Below are positions 30,695-39,746 of a stretch of DNA of 64,000 nucleotides, piece after piece. Location of the stretch: the IMG/VR virus record IMGVR_UViG_2851938318_000001; one strand, given 5' to 3'. Source of the DNA: a virus. Taxonomy: Duplodnaviria; Heunggongvirae; Uroviricota; Caudoviricetes. Numbering within the stretch: position 1 is the first letter of the stretch; the number at the start of each line of letters is the position of its first letter. Position numbers and translations under genes: made by a program. The notes under the pieces are model-generated. The model was not told the DNA's origin. It was given only the letters and a program-made list of their open reading frames with translations, and did not search any database.

Positions 30695-30765
30695 AAAACA
30701 AGTTGTTTTCTTATGTGGTTTATTATCTCCATCAACAAAAGGCAGAAAACAAATTGTTTTAGGTA
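30695..30765 (-). promoter_or_regulatory. conserved early promoter/operator unit with upstream element
   Basis: aaacaagttgttttcttatgtggtttattatc ... aaaaggcagaaaacaaattgtt. Confidence 0.55.
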
Positions 30766-30796
30766 CTGTGTAAATCAGAAGGGATTGTGTCTATAT

Positions 30797-30823
30797 GAAA
30801 ATGCCCGGCGTGTTGCCGGGCAT
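30797..30823 (-). terminator. metG rho-independent terminator
   Basis: aatgcccggcgtgttgccgggcatt hairpin with U-run in minus-strand transcript. Confidence 0.7.
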
Positions 30824-30843
30824 TGCGAAGAGAGGTTGTTTAA

Positions 30844-32877
30844 TTACTTAACCTGGTGGCCAGGTTTAGCACCAGCATCCGGGCTTAACAGGAAGATATC
30901 TTTCCCGCCGGGGCCAGCAGCCATCACCATGCCTTCAGAGATACCGAAGCGCATTTTACGTGGTGCCAGGTTAGCCACCATAATGGTGTGACGACCAATC
31001 AGTGCCTGTGGATCTGGATAAGCGGAACGGATGCCTGAGAAGACATTACGCTTTTCACCACCGAGATCCAGCGTCAGGCGAAGCAGTTTGTCAGAACCTT
31101 CTACAAACTCTGCGTTTTCAATCAGCGCCACGCGCAGGTCAACTTTGGCGAAGTCGTCAAAGGTGATAGTTTCCTGAATCGGGTCGTCAGCCAGTGGGCC
31201 AGTTACCGGTGCGGCTGTGGCTTTCACTTCTTCTTTGGATGCTTCCACCAGTGCTTCAACCTGCTTCATATCGATGCGGTTATACAGTGCCTTGAACGGA
31301 TTCACTTTATGGCCCAGCAGCGGTTGCTGGATACCATCCCAGGTCAGTTCTGTATTCAGGAATGCTTCTGCACGTTCAGTCAGTTTCGGCAGTACCGGCT
31401 TCAGGTACGTCATCAGCACGCGGAACAGGTTAATGCCCATAGAGCAAATCGCCTGCAGATCGGCATCGCGTCCTTCCTGCTTCGCCACCACCCACGGAGC
31501 CTGTTCATCGACATAGCGGTTAGCCAGGTCAGCCAATGCCATGATTTCACGGATAGCTTTACCAAATTCGCGGCTTTCCCACGCTTCACCAATCACTTCA
31601 GCGGCATCAGTGAAGGTTTTGTACAACTGCGGGTCAGCCAATTCGCTTGCCAGCACGCCGTCAAAACGCTTGTTGATAAAGCCCGCATTACGAGAGGCCA
31701 GGTTAACCACTTTGTTCACGATATCGGCATTCACGCGCTGAACGAAATCCTCCAGGTTGAGATCGATATCATCAATGCGCGAAGAGAGTTTCGCAGTGTA
31801 GTAGTAACGCAGGCTGTCGGCGTCAAAATGATTCAGCCAGGTGCTGGCTTTAATAAAGGTGCCGCGAGACTTGGACATCTTCGCGCCGTTCACCGTCACA
31901 TAGCCGTGAACAAACAGGTTGGTCGGCTTGCGGAAGTTGCTGCCTTCCAGCATGGCAGGCCAGAACAGGCTGTGGAAGTAAACAATATCTTTACCGATGA
32001 AGTGGTACAGCTCGGCGGTGGAGTCTTTCTTCCAGTATTCATCGAAGCTGGAGGTGTCGCCGCGTTTGTCGCACAGATTCTTGAAGGAACCCATGTAGCC
32101 AATCGGCGCGTCCAGCCAGACGTAGAAATATTTGCCCGGTGCGTTCGGAATTTCAAAACCGAAGTACGGCGCATCGCGGGAGATATCCCACTGTTGCAGA
32201 CCAGATTCAAACCACTCCTGCATTTTGTTTGCCACCTGCTCCTGCAACGCACCGCTGCGGGTCCATGCCTGCAACATTTCGCTGAAAGAAGGCAGATCAA
32301 AGAAGAAGTGTTCGGAATCACGCATTACCGGCGTAGCACCAGAAACTACCGATTTCGGCTCGATCAGTTCAGTAGGGCTGTATGTCGCGCCGCAGACTTC
32401 ACAGTTATCGCCGTATTGATCCGGCGCTTTACATTTCGGGCATGTGCCTTTCACAAAACGGTCCGGCAGGAACATGCCTTTTTCCGGGTCGTACAGCTGA
32501 GAGATGGTGCGGTTTTTAATAAAACCGTTCTCTTTCAGGCGAGTATAGATAAGCTCGGACAACTGACGGTTCTCTTCGCTGTGCGTCGAGTGATAGTTGT
32601 CATAGCTGATGTTAAAGCCTGCAAAATCAGTCTGGTGTTCCTGACTCATTTCGCCAATCATCTGTTCCGGTGTGATACCAAGCTGCTGTGCTTTCAGCAT
32701 GATCGGTGTGCCGTGGGCATCGTCGGCACAGATGAAATTAACCTCGTGGCCGCGCATTCGCTGGTAACGAACCCAGACATCAGCCTGGATGTGCTCCAGC
32801 ATATGGCCGAGGTGGATTGAGCCGTTAGCGTACGGCAGCGCGCACGTCACCAGAATTTTCTTCGCGACTTGGGTCAT
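30844..32877 (-). CDS. metG: methionyl-tRNA synthetase (E. coli chromosomal type)
   Basis: protein from [31 protein letters not shown]... with KMSKS motif, recognised as E. coli MetRS; ORF-track start 33006 is upstream extension. Confidence 0.95.
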   Translation of the reverse strand: MTQVAKKILVTCALPYANGSIHLGHMLEHIQADVWVRYQRMRGHEVNFICADDAHGTPIMLKAQQLGITPEQMIGEMSQEHQTDFAGFNISYDNYHSTHSEENRQLSELIYTRLKENGFIKNRTISQLYDPEKGMFLPDRFVKGTCPKCKAPDQYGDNCEVCGATYSPTELIEPKSVVSGATPVMRDSEHFFFDLPSFSEMLQAWTRSGALQEQVANKMQEWFESGLQQWDISRDAPYFGFEIPNAPGKYFYVWLDAPIGYMGSFKNLCDKRGDTSSFDEYWKKDSTAELYHFIGKDIVYFHSLFWPAMLEGSNFRKPTNLFVHGYVTVNGAKMSKSRGTFIKASTWLNHFDADSLRYYYTAKLSSRIDDIDLNLEDFVQRVNADIVNKVVNLASRNAGFINKRFDGVLASELADPQLYKTFTDAAEVIGEAWESREFGKAIREIMALADLANRYVDEQAPWVVAKQEGRDADLQAICSMGINLFRVLMTYLKPVLPKLTERAEAFLNTELTWDGIQQPLLGHKVNPFKALYNRIDMKQVEALVEASKEEVKATAAPVTGPLADDPIQETITFDDFAKVDLRVALIENAEFVEGSDKLLRLTLDLGGEKRNVFSGIRSAYPDPQALIGRHTIMVANLAPRKMRFGISEGMVMAAGPGGKDIFLLSPDAGAKPGHQVK

Positions 32878-33034
32878 AGTAGGCATTACTTCTTTGTAGT
32901 GAAAAGGGGCTTGATAGTAACAAAATGGCCTTATGTCTGCCATGTGATAACAGCATTTCTCATAAATGATTAAATGCCGTAGCTGGAGTACACTACAAGG
33001 CGACAATTGCGCAAATTAAAATAAAGGAGACGGG

Positions 33035-34135
33035 ATGAGCGAGTCCAAATCGCCGGATGCCCTGAGAGCAATGGTAGCCGGTACGCTGGCTAATTTTCAG
33101 CACCCAACCCTGAAACACAATCTGACTACGCTTAAAGCGTTACACCATGTTGCGTTGATGGATGACACACTGCATGTCGAACTAATCATGCCTTTCGTGT
33201 GGAATAAGCCTTTTGAAGACCTGAAAGAGCAATGTAGTGGTGATCTGCTCCGTATCACTGGCGCAAAGGCTATTGACTGGAAGCTGTCGTACAACATTGC
33301 CACGCTTAAGCGCGTCAAAAACCAACCAGGCATTAATGGCGTGAAGAACATTATCGCCGTCAGCTCAGGCAAGGGCGGCGTTGGTAAATCCTCCACGGCG
33401 GTAAACCTGGCACTGGCGTTGGCTGCTGAAGGTGCGAAAGTTGGTATTTTGGATGCCGATATCTACGGGCCATCAATTCCAACCATGCTTGGCGCGGAAA
33501 ACCAACGTCCAACCTCACCGGACGGTACTCACATGGCACCGATTATGTCTCATGGACTGGCAACCAATTCAATTGGTTATCTGGTAACTGACGACAATGC
33601 GATGGTGTGGCGTGGTCCGATGGCGAGCAAGGCGTTAATGCAGATGTTGCAGGAAACTCTATGGCCTGATCTGGACTATCTCGTTCTCGATATGCCGCCG
33701 GGTACTGGTGATATTCAGCTGACGCTGGCGCAGAACATTCCTGTAACTGGTGCTGTTGTGGTAACTACGCCGCAAGATATCGCGCTGATCGATGCGAAGA
33801 AAGGCATTGTGATGTTCGAAAAAGTCGAAGTGCCGGTACTGGGTATCGTCGAAAACATGAGTGTGCATATTTGCAGTAACTGCGGTCATCACGAGCCAAT
33901 TTTTGGCACCGGTGGCGCACAGAAGCTGGCCGAGAAATACAACACGCAGTTGTTAGGCCAAATGCCACTTCATATCTCTCTTCGTGAAGATCTGGATAAC
34001 GGAACACCAACCGTTATTAGTCGTCCAGATAGCGAATTTACGGCTATTTATCGTGACCTCGCAGATCGCGTTGCTGCCCAAATGTATTGGCAAGGTGAAG
34101 TAATACCTGGCGAAATCGCATTCCGCGCAGTGTGA
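33035..34135 (+). CDS. apbC: Fe-S cluster carrier ATPase ApbC/Mrp (E. coli chromosomal type)
   Basis: P-loop AVSSGKGGVGKSS and CxxC (CSNCGH); divergent from metG as in the E. coli chromosome. Confidence 0.93.
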   Translation: MSESKSPDALRAMVAGTLANFQHPTLKHNLTTLKALHHVALMDDTLHVELIMPFVWNKPFEDLKEQCSGDLLRITGAKAIDWKLSYNIATLKRVKNQPGINGVKNIIAVSSGKGGVGKSSTAVNLALALAAEGAKVGILDADIYGPSIPTMLGAENQRPTSPDGTHMAPIMSHGLATNSIGYLVTDDNAMVWRGPMASKALMQMLQETLWPDLDYLVLDMPPGTGDIQLTLAQNIPVTGAVVVTTPQDIALIDAKKGIVMFEKVEVPVLGIVENMSVHICSNCGHHEPIFGTGGAQKLAEKYNTQLLGQMPLHISLREDLDNGTPTVISRPDSEFTAIYRDLADRVAAQMYWQGEVIPGEIAFRAV

Positions 34136-34141
34136 TAAAAA

Positions 34142-34160
34142 GGTGGTGCAATGCACCACC
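34142..34160. terminator. hairpin between convergent apbC and humD-like gene
   Basis: ggtggtgcaatgcaccacc perfect stem. Confidence 0.5.
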
Positions 34161-34172
34161 TAAACAGTTCTC

Positions 34173-34562
34173 CTACATCACAGGACAATCATCAAACTCG
34201 CCACTTCTTGCGTCGTTGATAATGTGAGTGATCACACCAAACACGGCATTGCTGCCCGTGCATCCATCATCATCCTTTGGCAATGCTTCCTTCTTACCAG
34301 TTCTTAAATCCTCCAGATGCTGACGTGGATACTTCCGGTATCTTTTTACGCGATATTCCCCATCCAGAGCACATACAAGAAGAGATCCATCAACAGGAGT
34401 GAGTGAGGAATCGACCACCAGCAATGCACCCTGCAATATTCCCTCACGATGATGGCTGTCTGCCGCCCTCATGAAGTAGGTCGCTGAAGGATGTCTAATT
34501 ATCTGCTGATCAAGAGAAATACGGCTCTCAGCATAATCCGCCGCAGGAGAAGGGAAGCCCAT
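34173..34562 (-). CDS. UmuD'-like protein (HumD-like, no UmuC partner in window)
   Basis: starts GFPSPAADY...HPSATYF (UmuD' core); begins at the position of the UmuD cleavage product. Confidence 0.7.
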   Translation of the reverse strand: MGFPSPAADYAESRISLDQQIIRHPSATYFMRAADSHHREGILQGALLVVDSSLTPVDGSLLVCALDGEYRVKRYRKYPRQHLEDLRTGKKEALPKDDDGCTGSNAVFGVITHIINDARSGEFDDCPVM

Positions 34563-34578
34563 AATACTCGCCTCTTAA

Positions 34579-34598
34579 TACTGTATATACATACAGTA
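34579..34598 (-). promoter_or_regulatory. LexA (SOS) box
   Basis: TACTGTATATACATACAGTA, 1 mismatch from consensus CTGT-N8-ACAG box, 17 bp upstream of humD-like ATG. Confidence 0.7.
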
Positions 34599-34897
34599 TA
34601 TGTTGAAGCTATATATTTTTGAACTCTATCTCTTAAAAAAGATGTTAATAAGATGCTAACTATTGAAAGGCATAAATATATACAATTCCAACAAACGTTA
34701 TTTTTAACAAATTTTTTCTCTCTGTTGACTTTTGCGAAAGCCTTGTCTGGCCTAAATTGCGCGGAAGCTACTTTTTCCTTCCTGAGTTATCCACAGAGTT
34801 ATGCACTTGCATGCATAACCTATACACACTATCTTAATTCGCAAGACACTGATGTTGCGGTATTGAAGGTTCATTGGGTTAAAAATAGACATTAAAA

Positions 34898-34926
34898 AGC
34901 CCAGTTGACTAGGCTGGGCTTTTTAA
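34898..34926. terminator. bidirectional rho-independent terminator
   Basis: aaaaagcccagttgactaggctgggcttttt. Confidence 0.6.
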
Positions 34927-35224
34927 AAGGAAACAGAGTTTGCGGCTCTGTTCCTGAGCCATAAGTATCTGGCGACTGAATTAAGATTAACCGAATGTAC
35001 TGGATTCATCAAGAAACGTTGAGTGGTCATACCAGGTAATAATGACCATTTACTAAACATCGTTGTTCTCAAAGAAGATTTAAGTCCAGGTTTTTGGTGA
35101 CTCTAAAACCTTACCTTAACTCGAAATCGTGCCGTAAGTATCTGGCGACTACAGATATTGCAACTGCAAAGGCAAGCCCAAAGGTATTTGCAGCTAGGCG
35201 CGATAAAACTAAGTGAGGCCTGTT

Positions 35225-35308
35225 ATGGTTAACTTACTGTTCAAAATCGTGCCGCCGATGTTCGCGATTATCAAAGCGATCATTGAGTACGTAAACCAGC
35301 GTCCATAA
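35225..35308 (+). CDS. small hydrophobic peptide (27 aa) candidate
   Basis: SD gtgagg then ATG; MVNLLFKIVPPMFAIIKAIIEYVNQRP; hairpin terminator downstream; upstream 16-bp direct repeats. Confidence 0.25.
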   Translation: MVNLLFKIVPPMFAIIKAIIEYVNQRP

Positions 35309-35363
35309 CGCTAGTTGCTACAGGCCCCATCAAGAGCATGGGGCCTCTTTATCGTACTATTGC

Positions 35364-35990
35364 TTATTTTTTACGGACTGAGTTGTTCACTGCTCTGGCA
35401 ATCTTCTCCCGCAATTGCTGCGTTCCGTGGTACTGAACCGCAATATCTCTCAACTCGTTCACCAGTTCTCGAATCTGGTGATCTTTAAGCTCATTATTTG
35501 GGTGATGGGTAACAACTCTGGTTAATTCACCCTTGTCTTTTGCTCTTACGTATGCAGCTCTTGTGCATTCGACCCATGTATTACCGCCTACATTAACTTC
35601 GTAGATTAGGCTGGACTTATCTGTCAATTCGGAACAAATACGGGCCGTGGTCTGGCAACTAGAGCATTCGCAGTTATCGCGGAAACCGTGATCTACCGGT
35701 CGAGAAAGAGGTTTAACTTTTTCATCCAACTTCATCACAGCATCGTGATAAGCGTTCCAGCCGTCATCTTTACCAAGTTGATAAATCTCTGAAGGCTCCA
35801 TGTAGTCTATATCGCAACCTTCTTCATCCGATCTATCTGGTCGCTTCCCTGGTAATCGCTCATAAAAACGATTTCTGTCTCGACGTTCGGCTCTCAGTGC
35901 TAACGCAAGAAGTTGCTCAAGCGAGGTATTTGCACCAGCAATAATTTCATTGAGAATATCTTCTGTGAGATCTTTCGCTACCGTGCTCAT
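35364..35990 (-). CDS. hypothetical protein (Cys-rich)
   Basis: 208 aa ORF with several CxxC-like pairs. Confidence 0.4.
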   Translation of the reverse strand: MSTVAKDLTEDILNEIIAGANTSLEQLLALALRAERRDRNRFYERLPGKRPDRSDEEGCDIDYMEPSEIYQLGKDDGWNAYHDAVMKLDEKVKPLSRPVDHGFRDNCECSSCQTTARICSELTDKSSLIYEVNVGGNTWVECTRAAYVRAKDKGELTRVVTHHPNNELKDHQIRELVNELRDIAVQYHGTQQLREKIARAVNNSVRKK

Positions 35991-36370
35991 TTATCTCTCT
36001 CAGTATGTTGCGATGGCGTAAATTTGACGACATCAAATATTTTGGATGGCATCAACTTTATCCGCGAGCTTAGTTCGGCTCTTCTCTGTAATGCGGTTAA
36101 TAATGTTTTCGTTCTGACGCCTTCGTGTATCCTCATCCCTGGCACAAGAACTACATCGCAGGGGAGATGCTCAGGTGACAAATCATTTTGGGCATCGCTA
36201 ATCAGTCGTGTAATCTCTCTTTCAAGCCGACCGCCTAGCTCTGTTTTAGTGCAATGTTCTGACCAATCGCCAGCCTCAAGCAGCGCGAGAATGCTTAAAA
36301 TATCGTCCAATAGATCAGTGGTATTATCGACTTCCTTCTGAAACTCACCGGCTACTGATTTATGCATCAT
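35987..36370 (-). CDS. hypothetical protein
   Basis: 127 aa ORF, 4-bp overlaps with both neighbours. Confidence 0.4.
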   Translation of the reverse strand: MMHKSVAGEFQKEVDNTTDLLDDILSILALLEAGDWSEHCTKTELGGRLEREITRLISDAQNDLSPEHLPCDVVLVPGMRIHEGVRTKTLLTALQRRAELSSRIKLMPSKIFDVVKFTPSQHTERDK

Positions 36371-37284
36371 TCGTCATCCTCATCCGAGTCATCCTCATCA
36401 CAGGATGAGAGTAGTGGGTTAGTCATTCGCCCTACTTGAGTGGCGTAGCCACGCCGACAGAGATTGCGCAGCACACTGTATATTTCGAACATCTCGGTTC
36501 GTTCATCGCCAACATCAAGCTCAGATGCTATAGCGTGGCATTCAGTCGCGAGAGCCGATATTTTCTGAAATAACTCTGCATTATTCACTGTTCGACTCCT
36601 GCGGCGTTCTGGTAGTGGCATCCAGTGTGTGACATTGCTAATCAGACCATATTCATTAGTTTGAGGATGGTTGCCGTTATCGTCTCCGTATTTAAGACTC
36701 TCCATAAAGCCATAATGCCTATCACCATTAACGCTCACAAAGCCGTAATAAGCTGGTATAACGCCGATCTCACACGTAATCAGCAAAGGAAAACCAGTTC
36801 TCCAATTTAACTCGCCGATTACAGGCATTCGCTCACTACAGCTTATCCAACCATCCTTAATGCAATTATCTTGACTCTGAAGCATAGCGGCACGACAGGC
36901 GTTCCAGCCTCTCACCTCTGCAATAGCGGCAACAGCATCAACCGCGTACATGCTAAGAGGATTAGGCATTGGTTTTTCTTCCGGTACTACTGGCACTGGA
37001 GGGGCGGCGTATACTTCAATTGTCCCATTATCAATAGGCCATTCTCCATCCTTGAGGTAGTCACTTGTGCCGTCAACTTGCTGTTCTGCAATGTGGAATG
37101 CACCTATTGGTTTTGCCTCAAGCGAGGCCAGTGCAATTCGTGCCAGTTTTAGATCTCGTGCAACCATCTCAATAACAACTTTGCAGTCCGCACCTTCTTT
37201 ACTAACACGTCCTTTCAAGTCTTCCAGATAACTAACGCTTTCGCGTGCATGGGAGATTAACTGTTCTTTGGTTAAGGTGGTCAT
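36367..37284 (-). CDS. hypothetical protein with DUF551-like C-terminal region
   Basis: C-terminal segment ...THWMPLPE resembles DUF551 family of lambdoid early-region proteins (from memory). Confidence 0.4.
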   Translation of the reverse strand: MTTLTKEQLISHARESVSYLEDLKGRVSKEGADCKVVIEMVARDLKLARIALASLEAKPIGAFHIAEQQVDGTSDYLKDGEWPIDNGTIEVYAAPPVPVVPEEKPMPNPLSMYAVDAVAAIAEVRGWNACRAAMLQSQDNCIKDGWISCSERMPVIGELNWRTGFPLLITCEIGVIPAYYGFVSVNGDRHYGFMESLKYGDDNGNHPQTNEYGLISNVTHWMPLPERRRSRTVNNAELFQKISALATECHAIASELDVGDERTEMFEIYSVLRNLCRRGYATQVGRMTNPLLSSCDEDDSDEDDE

Positions 37285-37505
37285 TAGGCAGCTCTCTCAA
37301 CAACAAGCAATTCGTCGTAGTCATAATCCGTTTCGGAACCATCCGTACCGAACAGAGTCACTTTGTCACCTTCCATCCAGAAAGATTTAACCGCACATCG
37401 TTTGCCTTTAGATGTTATGACCACATCACCTGGGGTTACATCTTCAGCGCGAACTTCTACTGTTCTCATAATGCTGACCCTCTTTGGTGAAAACGCCTGA
37501 TGCAA
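37284..37505 (-). CDS. hypothetical small protein
   Basis: 73 aa ORF. Confidence 0.3.
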   Translation of the reverse strand: MHQAFSPKRVSIMRTVEVRAEDVTPGDVVITSKGKRCAVKSFWMEGDKVTLFGTDGSETDYDYDELLVVERAA

Positions 37506-38010
37506 TACTGTTTATGATGCTGTCAGTACAGGGAGTAGAAAGCTGGGCATCTCCAGCTATTTTCATGACTTCGACATTCGCATATCGAATACCGAGGTGT
37601 ATCAGACCTGCTATACCTGACTTAAGTCGAACATTTTCCATAAACAGATCCTTTTCCCGCTGTTTAACGGTCTCCAGCTCAACACGCAGTTTCTCAAGCG
37701 TTAGGGCCATCTCTACGTTCTCCTGCTCAAGACGTCGGATGTGTTGCTGTCTTTTATCCAGTTCGTCCAGCAGTGCAATCACATCGGGATCACTATCATC
37801 AACTACTGTTACGCGTGATTTTTCATAATGTTCGTCTGCAAAAGTACGCCCTATCTTAAAATATCCGTCATCACTCTCACCGGAACAGGCATAAACAACA
37901 TGTGCTCCAGATATGCGCTGTATTGACATTTCCTCGCCACAAACAGAGCATTTAGGCGCTGGTTTTGGTGAATAACGTTCACGTAACGTCAGGTAGTAAA
38001 TCTCATTCAC
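37444..38010 (-). CDS. coiled-coil protein (Ea22-like?)
   Basis: N-terminal Cys pairs plus central coiled coil (LDELDKRQQHIRRLEQENVEMALTLEKLRVELETVKQREKDL). Confidence 0.35.
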   Translation of the reverse strand: MNEIYYLTLRERYSPKPAPKCSVCGEEMSIQRISGAHVVYACSGESDDGYFKIGRTFADEHYEKSRVTVVDDSDPDVIALLDELDKRQQHIRRLEQENVEMALTLEKLRVELETVKQREKDLFMENVRLKSGIAGLIHLGIRYANVEVMKIAGDAQLSTPCTDSIINSIASGVFTKEGQHYENSRSSR

Positions 38011-38462
38011 TGTTTATTTCCTGTACGAAGCTCAGCGGCAAAAGCTACTGCGTGATCATGATGTTCAAGTGTGTATGCGCACTCAGCAAACATCTCCACG
38101 CCCTGCGCACGTACTTCAGCCAGAAAAGCATCGGTGGCTGGAGTCTCCGTTAATTCGCTAACCCAATTATCTCCGTGTTCCTCGGCACACATCGCATCGA
38201 ATGCTCGCTCAGATTCTTTCAGGGCTGCATTCTCCGCCGCTAATGCGTCTCTCTGCGCCCGCAACTTCTCAATTTCAGCAGCCATGTAGTAACCAACCAT
38301 AGCGAAGACGGCAAAAGAGTTGTCTGCCTCATCAGGCGACACTGAGGCCATTAGCAGGCCATCGTAAAAATCGTGACTCCCATTGGTGATCGCCACCGCA
38401 TAGGAGTCGTGGTTCTCGCGCTTGTGAATGAGAACTACGGGATTTTCGATTTTGTTACTCAT
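38007..38462 (-). CDS. hypothetical protein with coiled-coil segment
   Basis: 151 aa ORF; partial promoter-unit match upstream (38495-38540). Confidence 0.4.
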   Translation of the reverse strand: MSNKIENPVVLIHKRENHDSYAVAITNGSHDFYDGLLMASVSPDEADNSFAVFAMVGYYMAAEIEKLRAQRDALAAENAALKESERAFDAMCAEEHGDNWVSELTETPATDAFLAEVRAQGVEMFAECAYTLEHHDHAVAFAAELRTGNKQ

Positions 38463-38600
38463 GTGTTTTTCTCTTCTTTGCTGTTACATAAGCACTACCA
38501 AGTGCTGGTTTATTTTCACAAATAAGAAAAGGTAGAAAACAATTTATTTAAGGCCATAAGTTATGGCCTTTATTTATTCATGCAGAAGGATTTGTAGCGC

Positions 38601-38981
38601 CTAATTGCCGTATAAAATGGGTTGAGGTGCTTGCCAGTAAGCTCCACCGTCCCATGTGAACCCCATGCGAATAAGAGTGTTTATTGCGGCTTTGGTAGAC
38701 TCTGATTCGACGCTGACTTTTCGAAACTCTTGAACCTCTTTCGCCAACTTGTATGTAATTGTGCAGGGGACGATTGCAGCCCAGCCTTTCTCATGACTGT
38801 TAATGACCATCTGGATGTGACCATCCAGAATAGGTTGATCAGGCATGTTATTGAAAACGTCTGCCTGTTTTTGAATGTGAAGAAAAAGCCTTGCCAGCTC
38901 CATTTGCTCACTACGAGACAAGGGATTATCAAGAGGGCTTTTTGCAAAAGCTGCTATACGCTGTGCATCAATGCCAAACAT
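38601..38981 (-). CDS. hypothetical protein
   Basis: 126 aa ORF. Confidence 0.4.
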   Translation of the reverse strand: MFGIDAQRIAAFAKSPLDNPLSRSEQMELARLFLHIQKQADVFNNMPDQPILDGHIQMVINSHEKGWAAIVPCTITYKLAKEVQEFRKVSVESESTKAAINTLIRMGFTWDGGAYWQAPQPILYGN

Positions 38982-39685
38982 CAGCGCACCTCACCATCTT
39001 TATGGCTGGAGTTAACTTCCGTCATTAAATGTCTGACGTAATCGACAAGAGAGCCGCCTGGTGGAATCTGGCATTCCTCAACTAACTGGAAGTAGATATC
39101 CGCTGCATTACGTGTATTGCTACCCGCGCATATTCTTTCTTCCCGAAGTGCATGAAGCTCGTTGATCAAACGGTCACACTCTCCGTTACGCTGATCCACA
39201 ACAGCCTCAAGTTCTGCGACGCGTTCACCTGGCGTCTTACCTTCTTTGCGTTGGATGGTAACGACGAAATCGCCAATTGCAGGGACGTTGTAATCCAGCT
39301 CAAGGTAGTTTTTGGCACCGCTGCGGACGAACTCACCCGCGAACATGGTGGCGAACATCGCAGAGGCCACTTCGCCGTTGAAAAGTGACTCCAGATCTAA
39401 CGGAGTCCCGGCAGCAAGAGCCTCTTTTGCTGTATCCATTGCATCCATGAACCGATCAAACTCACTAGCGCGCTTTTCCAGGTCTTTCCATTGCTCGCTC
39501 CAACGTTTGGCAACGAAGTCTATGAATGTTTTCGCGGATTCATCAAAATTCCCCTCAAACTTAACGATGCCTTTATCAATAATGATCTGGCCTACCGCAT
39601 CCTCTGCATAACCTTTCAATGTAAACTTGAAAGGAAAATCAGAATGGCCTGTGACGTTAAAATGCTCTAACTGGAGGTTGTTCAT
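38981..39685 (-). CDS. hypothetical protein
   Basis: 234 aa ORF, start adjacent to AT-rich palindrome. Confidence 0.4.
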   Translation of the reverse strand: MNNLQLEHFNVTGHSDFPFKFTLKGYAEDAVGQIIIDKGIVKFEGNFDESAKTFIDFVAKRWSEQWKDLEKRASEFDRFMDAMDTAKEALAAGTPLDLESLFNGEVASAMFATMFAGEFVRSGAKNYLELDYNVPAIGDFVVTIQRKEGKTPGERVAELEAVVDQRNGECDRLINELHALREERICAGSNTRNAADIYFQLVEECQIPPGGSLVDYVRHLMTEVNSSHKDGEVR

Positions 39686-39746
39686 GTGTTTTTCTCTTAT
39701 CGTTTAGTTACTACATTCTTACACAAATTAAGTAAGTATTTACCTA

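Noticed and set aside
31309-32820. 503-aa + strand ORF inside metG
   Set aside because: Antisense to an unambiguous MetRS coding sequence; the Arg/His-rich translation is typical of a shadow ORF.
30700-34200. Window as ordinary E. coli chromosome carrying an integrated prophage
   Set aside because: Phage genes with the same regulatory motifs lie on both sides of the 3.4 kb host block, no integrase or att repeats are evident, and the host segment is far too short for the window to be chromosome carrying a prophage.
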